DNA of 64,000 nucleotides from Stylophora pistillata (Eukaryota): NCBI RefSeq assembly GCF_002571385.2, contig NW_019217876.1, positions 470,415 to 534,414 of the forward strand, read 5' to 3'. Shown piece by piece: positions 35,306 to 47,075 of this stretch (position 1 is its first letter; each line of letters starts with the position of its first letter). The notes under the pieces were generated by a model. It saw only the letters and a program-made list of their open reading frames with translations, ran no database searches and was not told where the DNA came from. The position numbers and the translations under genes were made by a program.

Positions 35306-37389
35306 TCACGGTATGTCACCCGAGCCTGGCTCCTCAGTTGGCGCCGGTAGGCAGCGACGGTAGAGAGGAATTGAAGCAATGGATGAAACTGGCTGGCAGG
35401 TCAAACCAGATCGGCAACCACACTTATGGAGTTTCTGAAAAAATCATAAATCATAAATAAGAACACCTAACATCCGAAAAAAAAAGGTTTCATTTATAAG
35501 ACTGCACCTTGCCAGTGCAATTTAAGCGGTGTTAGTTCGTCTAATTATTTTGGTTTCAGAAACTCATATCAGTGAAGCAAAAGGTTTGAGAAACTTTGGG
35601 TAAATCACCTTCGAGGGATCTTGAAAAAAAATCTTAATTTGCATGAAGGTGCCCTTATTGCTCGAAAGGTGGACAACACTATCCAACGTTGGATAAGTCT
35701 CTATCACGGCCTAGTTGTACGTACTAAAGTCATATGATGCACGATCCTCGCAGTAGATAGCGCTATTTAAGTAATAGCGAAAATCAGACCTGAAAAAAAT
35801 CAGGCCTGTACGGGATTCGAACCACTGACCTTTGCGATACTAGTGCAGCGCTCTACCAATTGAGCTAACAAGCCAATTGGGAGCAGGCCGTTAAGTTGAT
35901 TCGTAATAAACCCGTGAAATTGATAAATGAGATACAATGAAATATATGAAGTTCATATATTTTGTACTGCGGTATTAGATACATATGATGCACGATCCTC
36001 GCAGTAGATAGCGCTATTTAAGTAATAGCGAAAATCAGACCTGAAAAAAATCAGGCCTGTACGGGATTCGAACCACTGACCTCTGCTAAAGTCAGATAGC
36101 GCTAGACAACGGATACATAGCTATCCAGTGGATAAGTCTTAATAAAACGAGCCGCGCTATCCACCGGATAAAGATTAATTTAGTGGATAGCGTTATCCAG
36201 CCTTTGAACAACCGGAGCATAGTGATAGCACAGTATGTTTGGTTATCACTTACCCGCTTGAGCGATTTATCCGTTGGATGGCCTTATCCACCCCATGAAA
36301 AACTATAGGCCCTTTTCTTTTACAGGTCATTAATGCTGATGATAAAAATGATTTGTTTTGCCTGCCCTTGATTTTGAAGTATTGGGCCCATACTGCACCA
36401 GTACTATACTTAACTTTAAATGACTCATGCAAAAATATATTGGACATACTGGGAAAAGCTTTGCCTTAGGTGACGGTAAATTTTTTTTCAGATCCAGCAG
36501 TCTTGTGAAATTAAGGAATAAATGTTTAGGCCTGGGGGAAGATAAATTGTCTTTGAGAGGTGAAGTAGAGGGGGAGGATGATTTCATTGAAGATCTAAAA
36601 CTATCAACTGTCTTTAAATTATAACGCAGTGGTTGAGCTGGCAAGCGATTAAGGAACACAAACTGAGATCACTGAATGTGGATGCTGTATTCAAATCCTA
36701 CCAAATGAGTACTTTCTTTTTCTTGACTGGGATTTATTTTTACACGCGCAAAAAAAACTTATTAACAGATAAAACTGTCTTCACTTAGACTTCAAAAAAA
36801 ATCACTTACAACAAAGTTACATGACTGGTTCACGCCTCTCTTGTTGTGACATGTTCCTATTACACTGCAGCAGCGTTCAGCACCGATGCAATCCGAGTCC
36901 ACTTTGCATTTCTAAGAGGGGTGAAACAGAAATAAGGAAGAAAAGGAAAAAAAAAAACGGAAAAATGAAGGAGATGCATATATCATCAACGGGTAGATTT
37001 ATGAGAGAATAAAACTTTTGCCACGTTTGAATTCAGACACTTGGCACTTTTGATCATTTACTCGTTAGATATTAATGGCGCTTAGAGCAGTGGTTTTGTA
37101 CCACAATCAGTTTCTTGTTCCTTGACAACAAAAGGAAAAAACGTCATGGAGAACTATTAAGCAAGTTTTTGAGGGTGATTTATTTTGACACGAAAACCTT
37201 TAATATCCCTTTTGGAGTCAAAGGAGTTTTGAAAGAAGAGAAAATTGTATTTAAAAGAGTTTGTATGGAGGCAATAAAACAAGAAATGCTTACCCCGAGG
37301 AAAAATCTCTTTTCTCTTTCTTGCTCGTCTGGGATTTTATAACTGGTAGTGAAGGCCACAAAGAAAAGAAGTCCAGCCAAGACCTTCAT
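35306..37389 (-). CDS. G7: intact secreted 10-Cys colipase/prokineticin/Dkk-fold-like prepropeptide (108 aa)
   Basis: Exons 37389-37294 (MKVLAGLLFFVAFTTSYKIPDEQEREKRFFLG), 36911-36810 (KCKVDSDCIGAERCCSVIGTCHNKRGVNQSCNFV) and 35434-35306 (KLHKCGCRSGLTCQPVSSIASIPLYRRCLPAPTEEPGSGDIP*). Phase-0 GT-AG introns; TATA-like element near 37466-37474. Confidence 0.92.
35650..36295. mobile_element. ggata(a/g)/tatcc-rich MITE(s) in G7 intron 2
   Basis: Repeated ggataa / ctatcc motifs ending tttgaacaaccgg; same family at 40350-40498. Confidence 0.6.
35733..36085 (-). mobile_element. tRNA-Thr-like SINE-type unit (~1.4 tandem monomers) with TSD
   Basis: Minus strand tagctcaattggtagagcg (A box) ... ggttcgaatccc (B box), anticodon loop ctAGTat; ~100-bp direct repeat with 251-bp period; TSD ctaaagtca at 35724-35732 and 36086-36094. 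Confidence 0.75.
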
Positions 37390-39437
37390 TTTTTGCAAAT
37401 GGTTCTCGATGCCATAGGTAACAAATCTGCAACCGATTTATGCCTTTTTTGTCGTCTCAATTCTCTTATAAATAGAAAGAAATGCTTGTTTACAAAACCT
37501 TGGTTTCTTTATTAGATTGTGTCACTTGCGAAACAAAAGAATTCATTTTTGTTGCAAAAGTTACTTGTTAATACTCTATCGATGAAATAGCACCCATTTA
37601 TAAGAAACCCAAGATATATTGGTTTGGAACAAGTTTTATACAGAACTGAACCTAAAAATAGTGAATATGAATATAATATAAGTTATAACTGACATTTTAT
37701 ACGTAAAAAAATCAGTGCTGTTTTGCATTCAAGATAAATTTAATTCGAACACAAAAAATTGTCCAACCTTCCAAAATGTGCCACTATTTCAGCTGCACTT
37801 CTGTTTCAATATTATCTAGGAGGAGTGACTTGCTTATTGAAAAGAACGTTTATTTTGATATGAATAGCCACGAAAGGGGAACATAATTATTGGTATTCAG
37901 TTTTTTATGAAAATCAAGTGCTGTTTGTTTCGATGATCAGTGTTCTTGGTTGGCGACACTGTTTTTGTTTCACTTTTCTTTTTGGGACATTATCGACAAG
38001 GCTTGTGCAATAGAATCTTTTTGGACGCCAAAAAAATGAAAAAACACTAAACTAAAATATTCAACTGTTATTCAGCTGTGTATTATTTAAACAGGTACAT
38101 ATTCTTTTTCGTGGATTAAAAATTGAGTTTGTTTTAGACAACAATACCTGTCAGTGTTTGGCTTCTCCTTTATTTTCAAGTCAAAAGTTTTTTAATTTCT
38201 GTAAATTCAGGTTCCATTTTAGCATTTCTTTCCTTTTTTAACTTTACTGTCGACCAACATTGTTGTATTTAGAAGCATTTGCCAGATGAGAATAAGATCA
38301 AAAATACTACAGGATAGGGTTCGGTTTTATTTTGTTTGTTTGTACCTTAAAACAAATTCGACTAGAAATGTATTTATGTAGCAAATAAATCAGAGAACGG
38401 TCAAGGGAGATAATAGCCCTCTCCCCACTCCCCCCTTCATCACGTTTTTTCTTCTCTGTGCCGCCTGCTTCCCCCCCCCCCCTGAATTATGGTGTTGGAG
38501 AAACAATAAAAAACAGGTTTGATAATGGTATGGTATACAAAAGGCCTCCATTTATATTGAATTACGCTGAATAGCCCTATTCCTCTCTGGCACATTTTTA
38601 TTTCACATTGGTCATAGTATTTTTCAGTCTGCACGTGAACAGCATCTACATTCATAGCGTGCTTTCTTGATGGATGTTTTTACTGAAGAAGTGGAAGACA
38701 ACGATAGTATTTAAAACTACCAAGACACCTTGCCACCTGACAGTAGAGCCCGGATTTGCACCCACATCCGTGGTATTGCTATAATAAAACAAAGGGAATT
38801 ATATTTGATAACAAATTGAGATAAGATCACAGCTCAATCCCATATAATATGTATATCTTGAAAAACGTACGGTGTACGTACGTTATCGTTTACAATGTCG
38901 TCATTTTTTACTTTCAAACGTTCATTCTTTTTAACATAACAATGAATAAGGTTAGTTTTAGTCTGGGAATTTAAACACCGCGTTCAATTCTTAGGCAACA
39001 CAAAAAGTACTTCCTCAAATTTATGAAGTGTGATTTAAAGAATCCTGTTTCAAAGTGTAACATTTATTTCAGTAATGAGCAATGTTACAAAGGTATATTC
39101 AAGATCTCAATGACGATGTGTTAGAATTCATCTCCTGCCGGCAATGCATCCATTTTTACCGTAAAATGGAAAGAGTAACATTTTCTTAAAACCTTCAAAA
39201 ATGCAAGTGTATAGTAGCAAATTAAGAAAAGGGACTTTAAAACCCAGCTACAGTTAGCCAACATTTTTTCCTCTGTTTAAAAATTATAATATTTGAATCT
39301 CTGCATAGCTCGTAAGAAATGACTTGATTTATCCTCCCTTGCCATATATTAGTTTACATGCTAAGAAGTGATCCTCGTACTCCTACCGAAAAGTTACAGG
39401 ACTCCTCCAGTCCCCTTTTGGGGGCACAAATACCAAG

Positions 39438-39752
39438 TTATTACACGACTCGGGCAGTCAAAGGGCTAATAACTAAAATCAACCAATCAAAATGCTCTAT
39501 TGCCAGTCAATATTCTCTAAATATTGGACCGGGCACTGTTCCGAATGGTCCCGAATGACACGGCTCTTGTGTCCCTTTGAACTTCAGTCGTATAATAAAT
39601 CTCTTATTAACCAAGCTTGCTCGGGACCGCACTGGAAGAATATCGGCCCTCGGTCTTTTTTGTACGGACCTCGCTGCGCTCGGTCCGTACTGTCAAGACC
39701 TCGGGCCGATATTCTCCTAGTACGGCCCTCGTGCTTGGTTAAGATATATCTA
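39438..39752. mobile_element. Palindrome-containing non-autonomous element without a clear TSD
   Basis: Internal inverted repeat ttaaccaagc...gaatatcggccc...gtacggacc / ggtccgtac...ggccgatattc...gcttggttaa; splits G8 exon 2. Confidence 0.75.
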
Positions 39753-40349
39753 TTTAATACAGCAACGCTCATTGCCACAATCTGCATCGGTGTCACAGAT
39801 CTGAAGAAGGTGAGACACTGAAATTCAATAACTGTGTTTCCAGAATCTCTGAAGAACTGAACGTGTACTTTTTATATGGCCTCAAATTGAAAATTTTCCG
39901 AATCTTATAATTTTATTGAAATCTAGAGTAAAAAGTTTGGTTACGCACATTAGTTATTTAATTCTGGGCCCTATGGCTTAGACAGGCGATACTTTCATGA
40001 TTTAGAATTTAGGCAACACCCTGATGTCTTTTGTTGAGATGTACTGTAATGCTTTGTGTGTCACGAAGCTCAGAACAGACGGGGACTAGGAATGAGGAGT
40101 TGTACTGCGTCGGAAAGAACTTCGTAATCGCGTTACCTAAGAAAAAATCATGCACGAAGTTCTAAGAAATATTTGTTAAAAATCAAGCTACAAGCTAATA
40201 AACTAAAATCAAGTTAATCAACTAAAAGTACTTTTTCCATAAGTGTTTTCGAGTTAGTAAAATTTTTCTTTCTAGCGATGTATCCAGAAGACGTTGCAGA
40301 ATAAAACAACGCCGTTGTCTGCCAAAAGGTCTCAAGGGTCTAATAGCCA

Positions 40350-40498
40350 GGGCCCAGTTATTTAAAAAAGCGGATAACGCTATCCAACGGATAAATTGCT
40401 ATCCAGCGGATAAACAATGGCAATAGGTACTGCACTATCCACCAGATAGAGATTTATACAGTAATAGCGTTATCCAACCTTCGAACAACCGGGGCCAG
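40350..40498. mobile_element. MITE in G8 intron 1
   Basis: Ends gggcccagttatttaaaa / ttcgaacaaccggggcc with internal ggataa / tatcc repeats. Confidence 0.65.
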
Positions 40499-42111
40499 AT
40501 CTATAGAGTAAAGAAACTTACGTATATATCAGGTAAATTGAGACGTTTCTGTCTATCGTGTTCGACTTCGTGTTGAATTTCCTTAGAGGACGTTTTTAGA
40601 AGAAATAAGCACACTAAGATTGCTACTAGCACCTTCATGTTTGTCCTTTCCACAGATAGGAATTTCTTCTCGATGTAAACTGAATTCGGCGACTACGCGA
40701 GGCGTGGCCATGATTGAATTCCGAAAAACGATAGCAAACTATTTACACTCATCAACTTAATTTAATTGTAACACAGACAGGTAAAGAATCGAAAAAACAA
40801 AATGGAATCACCGGTTTTCAATGGGATGAGTAGCTATATTAACACTTCTCTTTGACTTCTTTAGGAAACTTTACGTTGAACACGCATAGTGACGGCCAGG
40901 AAATCGGTTCAGGGTAATGAACCAGGGACGCTGATCAGCCCCTTGAAGGTTTTAAAAGCGGAAAATAATCATCTCTTCTCCGCGATAAATATCCTTCCAT
41001 TTCAGTTGTCCGTTTACCATTTTCAGGGTCTACCATCTTGTTGTACTCTTTTTCGATCATTGATTGCGAAGTACCCAACAGGAAGCACCCCAACGATTGC
41101 TTTCGCTTTGCCGGCGTTTTTCCGTTCCGAACAAAGAAAAGATGTAACTACGAAGCCTTCCCGTTGAGATTTTGCATGTGACTGCCAGGACTGCCAGTGG
41201 CAAGGATTACGGGGATGAACACATGCATCTCAAATCCCAAAATCTTATTGTTTTAATTAGCAAAGGACAATAAAAGAAGCAAAGGGAAACAGGTGAAAAC
41301 GAGAACACTAAAAATTCGGACTCAAGGGAGTGACTTCAAGCATATCAGACAACTGGTCAGAGACTTAATTCCAGCAACTTTGAGGTTGTTACTCAGATCT
41401 CTAGCTATAGCTTGATTCTAAATTTAAAATTATTGTACTTTGGACTGCCAGAGTAGATACTTGTCAAACATCATGAGGTATCTAAATTTTTCCTGATGGG
41501 ATAGGTTGGCAATCGACGCTAATTTTTAAACAATGTCAGTTCACTTGATCAGGACCATATCGTATGTGCAGCCCATGACAGACCCATGACATGCGCAAAT
41601 CGACCGGACTGAGTTAATCTTTTATTTTACAATTAGATTATGAGCGCGAGATTTCTATCACGAGATATTTGACGAGGACAAAGCCCGAATCAACTGTCAT
41701 GCATAGAAATCATAGGCCTTTCACTACTGTCTGCCATACAATCCTAGTAATGTTAGTTTAGAAAATTTGGTCTCGGATCAACTAACAATTCCCTGATTGA
41801 TATTTTTCTTTATTCTCATCACTTGTCTACTTGATATTGTATTGACACTGTAAGGGTAAATTCTGTCTTGGTCCCTCAGAGGAGTTAAAAGGTTAAGTAT
41901 CAATCTACAAGTCGTCCAGAACTCAACAACAAGAGAGGCTCATGTTTTAAGCCATTTTGTTTACAGATTTCAGCAAGAGAGACAGAACGCTAATTGATTT
42001 ACATCTGATAAATAAAATATTTGTATAGACACCCTCACAATTAAGTCCGCTTTTTGCATTTATTGATACATATCTAAATGAAACGGACAGATGTGGAGTG
42101 CGTTCGGCAGA

Positions 42112-43856
42112 TCAAGCCATGTTATCGGGGTCGCTTTGAATGTTGGGATTCAAGCATTGGTAAAACGATTGACCCGAGTATTTTCCGATAAGGGTACATG
42201 AGAGACCTGGCTTGCATGGACAGGGAGCCTGAGGAGAGAAACGAAGACAAATTATTAAAATAAGTTAAAACATTTGTCTGCTGGTTAAACATATCAGAGC
42301 TCTTCCGGACTTCAAAAAGTGATTAACGTTAACGTAACTTACCCTCACAATTTTTCACTCATTATTCATCAGAAACGTAGCCGTTGATGGCTATTAACTG
42401 GAAATATCACCATAAGAGTGGTAGTTGGGATTGTTAAGATCTCAGGAGTTCAAGAATCTCCAACATGCAATAAACTTCTCGAATCAGTCAAAGATAATTT
42501 CAAAAAACTTCCGTAAATATCTTGATTTGCTCACAAAGTACATCGGATGATGGAAAATAACTGTTCCGTTTGAGAGAAAAAAAAACATGGATTCAATAGA
42601 AGATCTGGGATATGATATACTCAACAGTTCTAGAATCAAGAGTCAGACTGACACGATTGACCTTTAAACCTGGTTTGGGTTTAGCTTTCTGTCTGATTGG
42701 TTGAGAGGAGTTTTCTACACAACACACATATGGAAGTAAAGTAAAATGAATGTAATCTGCCACTTCTTTCGACATTCATTTAAAAAATGCTCAAGCCTAA
42801 TAAGCCAACGTAAGAATTAGGTTGCAATGATTTACGATGGAACATTAGGAGATCAAATAATAGCAGCTACAGAGAAGATGCATCTGGATACCTCCGGCGA
42901 ACAAGCCTCTCTTTCTCCTCTTTCCGGGAAACAGCTTTTGGTCAATTCAAAGCAGCAATGAAACTGTTCACAGTCATCATTGGATCTGCAGTTCTAACAA
43001 TGAGTAAGGTTCAAAGTTTTTTAGTCATCGCCTTAAATTCAAAGTTTACAGTTATAACCCAAACTCAGGCTAATCAATCAAAGGAAAAACCATAGCATTT
43101 TCATTTTGTCGAGCGTTTTTTTAACATGAGCCTCTGGCTCGAGAGATTGGGCTACCAATCCCCAAGTTTTCGACAGTAAATTAAGTCTATCAATATAACC
43201 GTTTACTAGAAACCCGTTCGGTAACACCGATTATTGGTTGACGTTTTAGAATAGGAAAAAGTTCAGCATGCTGTTTTGCCTTGTATTGAGGCTAAGGAAC
43301 ACTGGTGAGTACAGTTTTTTAAGCCCACTGACTATGAAAATGGTACTCTTTAATTCCAAAATAAACTGACTGTATTCGGAAAGATGCACAGAACTTAATT
43401 TAGGAATAAAAACAGCCATTTCTTTACCATGCATGTGGTTTTTAATTTTATCCTGAAACCTCCCATTCTATACCATCTATAATCAGCTGCTGTGAGGTTG
43501 TAAACAATGGGAGATTAGAGAACTGGAAATTGAGGGAAAACAGAAATTGCTATACTGTCAGAACACACAATCACTTTCCTGTGTGTATTTTTCAAGCTTG
43601 TAGAACTACATGTAAGAAAAGTAAAAGCTATGATACGAGAAAAACACTATTGAGATCAAAATAACTTTTTACTTCATTAACCTGCAGGTAATTTTTCCCA
43701 GAATACTAAACTGAAAGCGATACGAACCTGATAAATCCTTTGTTTTCTCTCGGCAAGCCGATTTGGTTTTCCTTCTTTATCATCTTCCCATGTAGAAAGT
43801 TTGCGGCCTTCCACCAAGAGCAAATTTGCCAGAAGAATAAAAACGATTCGCTTCAT
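42112..43856 (-). CDS. G9: intact secreted 10-Cys prokineticin/colipase-fold-like prepropeptide (115 aa)
   Basis: Exons 43856-43728 (MKRIVFILLANLLLVEGRKLSTWEDDKEGKPNRLAERKQRIYQ), 42993-42892 (NCRSNDDCEQFHCCFELTKSCFPERGEREACSPE) and 42228-42112 (APCPCKPGLSCTLIGKYSGQSFYQCLNPNIQSDPDNMA*). Phase-0 GT-AG; AATAAA at 42064-42059. Confidence 0.92.
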
Positions 43857-45568
43857 GTTTAGATCAGGACAGAATAAGTCTTTTGAGAGGTAATCAAACC
43901 AGTCGCCACCAAACAGAAATGCACACATACAATGACAGCCCTTTCGGTTATAAGATATTGGCCTCACAATACCGCTTGCCGTGAAAAAGTAATATTTAGT
44001 GTACATGCACTGAATGTACAATGTATAAAAGTTTACGTAATGTTTATACAATATTTTAAACATGTTTTCCTCGTCTGACAAAATGGACGGATATTAGAGA
44101 AATTTAGATTATCGAATTGGACAGAAATGTATTTTTTCATTTTCACAAGTGTCAGAAAACGGAATAGTTTTTGAAGCTCCTCCCGACATATCGTTTTTCA
44201 AACAGATGCACCATGCAGCTTAGAACAGAGATCACTGATTGGTTTAATGCTGCTGTCGTAATGGGATGGCGTGATAAGTTAATTTTATAAAAACATTAAC
44301 AAGTTGATTTCCTTTAAAGCATCATTTATACCATCAATCATTTGAGTCAGAAGAACATAAAATCATCAAATTCAAAAATTCTCGTGAAAGGTGTAAAACA
44401 AAAATTATATGGTGATCGTAAACGAACTTCCCAAGACCTTATCTGGGCTTAAGACTTCAATGATTCAACTACTGAAACATGACAAAAGTTACATTGTTAA
44501 CACGAAAAATTACAAGAGTTATGAATAATAGGATAAATGTTTGCAGTGTTCAAAAGTTTGTTGATATAAGTTAATTCAACCATCAAAAGGCAAAAACATT
44601 TTCAGCTTGATTTCAACAAACACGCTGAAAGACTTCGTTTTATCCGATCTCTTGTCATTAAAGAGAACATTTCCAGTTTACAAAGAAATTTTGACATTTT
44701 GTTCATTACTGCATCTAGTAATAAGTAAGTGAGAAAGATGCCGTCTTCAAGTTAGGAGCTTTGGTTGGTTTCGCGCAGGAAAGCAGCAAACCACTAATCG
44801 TTGACAGGCTGCATATTATTTCGTTCTTGACTTAATGACACTGCATTCAGCCTAAATCAACATGAAATCTGCCCTCATTTAGTAGCAGGAGCAAACTGAT
44901 TTCTTCAAACTTACTTGCAGCTAATTTCAGGTTACTTTTCGGAAAAATTGCCAAGAGCAGGTGCTTTTCTTTCTAAACAATGTAAGATTTATATCTGAAT
45001 GGGTCAATCTTGAAATCTGTTGAGTACCGAACGCTGCGTTAAAAATTACAATCCATAAGCTGCTGAATTTTCTAATTTGAAAGGAAGAAAAGAGATGTCA
45101 TCGAACTGTTACAGATAATCAAATGTAAGAAACCAAATTCACAATGTTAAAAGAGATGAACTAACTTGAAAATAGAGTGTCGTTTCTTATTTGAATAAGC
45201 TAACTGAATTTTATCGTTCCCATGAAATGAATTTGCTTAAGAAAACAATCATAATCTCCACTATACTATCAAATCATGTTTCACTGCTGACAGTCCAAAG
45301 TGAATATTGTAACATAAACAAGAAAGAAAGTCGTTTGATTCTTCTTGTCTCTTTTGGTCTTATAGAAGTCATGATTATAACTATTTTAATTTACTTTTTA
45401 ACAATACAAAAAAATTAATCAACAGCCATTATAATTAGAGGGCGAGGAGACGTCAAGAAACCAGCGGGAAGAGGCCACCTCGCTTTAGATATAGATAATT
45501 AAGATATCGAAAGAGATATGGAAATAGAAAGTGGAGATACAAAGTCTACAATTTGGTGAGCGTCGTTA

Positions 45569-46730
45569 TCATTTAGCAGTCGATATTGTTAAGGTTTTCT
45601 TCTTTGCTGGTCTGTACACTGGTGAGGGAAGGGATGGAGTTGATGGTAATGGTTGTGGTGGTCGAGGAAGGAGTGGGGAGGAAGGACAACTGATGGGGCC
45701 TTCAATGGTAAAAACAAAAAGACCGAAGGGGGCTACGCCAGTTACTGGAATCTATGGGGGAAAAAATGCTTAATCAAGCTGAGTATAACCTCTCTCGTAC
45801 TTTGTCACACAAATAATAAATAAATCTCTGACTGTTTTTAAAATACATGAATATATCTTGGACGCAGATTGTCCAGATCCTACATAAACTGGCGACACTA
45901 GCACTTGGGTATCGTGGGCTAGAAAAGCTTGAACCTGATGGTGAAACCAACAGTGTACAACATTTACCATTAACGAAGTGATCGGTTTGCCGGCTGCGGC
46001 TATTACAACTTTAAATACCACGGTTAATGCCGAACTTACAAGCGCAGTGGCGGTTAATCTTTTTCTGNNNNNNNNNNNNNNNNNNNNNNNNNNNNNNNNN
46101 NNNNNNNNNNNNNNNNNNNNNNNNNNNNNNNNNNNNNNNNNNNNNNNNNNNNNNNNNNNNNNNNNNNNNNNNNNNNNNNNNNNNNNNNNNNNNNNNNNNN
46201 NNNNNNNNNNNNNNNNNNNNNNNNNNNNNNNNNNNNNNNNNNNNNNNNNNNNNNNNNNNNNNNNNNNNNNNNNNNNNNNNAGACTGAGGCCTTTCTCTGG
46301 AAACAAGATTTCCAGTTTTGGGCAGGCTATTTCCGCCAGTCCATTGACGGCAATTACGTCTGTTAGGACTCAGCTGCGCTACGGCATGGTGCAGCCGTCG
46401 GGAAAATGAAAAAACTAAGATAAATAATAAACGGACGAAATAAAACAAAACAAGTTAGAGGTCGATCTTTTGAGTTCTGTCCTTTCCCTCTATTTTTCCT
46501 CTGTTTTTGTTTTTATCATGCCGAACGTGGCTGCTTACAATCTCGCAATCAATGCTTATTGCAAAATTATTTTCCGGTTTATGATCTTGTGTTTAAAAAA
46601 AATATCCATGAGGGAGACATAAATCGATAGGGTGTGCATCGCCCAGCTTTGACTCCCTTGACCCAGTCCCCTTGGTGTACTCCACAAATGTCGGCAGAGG
46701 AAAAACTAACCCACGTGGCTGGCCATAAAA
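45569..46730 (-). pseudogene. G10: possible heavily decayed family member spanning the assembly gap
   Basis: Exon-2-like remnants at 46400-46281 (PCRSAAE..NCRQ..KSCFQRK, mixed frames); exon-3-like 46064-45935 (KKINRHCACKFGINRGI*..GKCC); Pro-rich exon-like segment 45751-45569. Confidence 0.35.
46068..46280. other. Assembly gap (N run)
   Basis: 213 N characters. Confidence 1.
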
Positions 46731-47075
46731 TAGATTTAAACCGAACTGGATCAACACTACACGGTAATTAGCCAAAGGTACTAGTTACAAACATATAAAT
46801 CATTAGTGCGTTAATGATAAGCCTACTCATCAAATTGATCCGATACACTTGATTGACAGATGAATATTAATGCATCACGGTCTTTTAGGCGTGAAGTGAA
46901 TACTAATTACGCGTTCGATTCACTTGACAACAGATGCGCGTCTACTTGCGAAAGTTGATAGTTTGTTAGATTTTATGCCTTCCATGTAAAGAAACGGCCA
47001 CGTGAGTATCTCCTTATTTACTTCAAAGAATGTTTCACAAATTTTGAGCATCGTCGAAATAAATAGCCCAGAAAC

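Larger units (their letters stand above)
38680..40638 (-). pseudogene. G8: Cys-rich prepropeptide gene disrupted by a 315-bp insertion in exon 2
   Basis: Exon 1 40638-40522 MKVLVAILVCLFLLKTSSKEIQHEVEHDRQKRLNLPDIY. Exon 2 39800-39753 + 39437-39387 ICDTDADCGNERCCIK|LGICAPKRGLEESCNFS. Exon 3 38778-38680 QYHGCGCKSGLYCQVARCLGSFKYYRCLPLLQ*. AATAAA at 38602-38597. Confidence 0.88.

Noticed and set aside
35800-35875. Functional tRNA-Thr gene
   Set aside because: It is embedded in a TSD-flanked, terminally redundant repeat and has mismatched stems; better explained as a SINE-type element.
36330-36659. GIY-YIG-like KYIGHTGKSF in overlapping ORFs
   Set aside because: Lacks the downstream R..EH and upstream Cys motifs; lies in the G7 intron; too weak to call.
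40950-41610. Additional decayed peptide exons (CAC / CMC snippets)
   Set aside because: Would need several frameshifts; G9 already has a clean exon 3 at 42228-42112.
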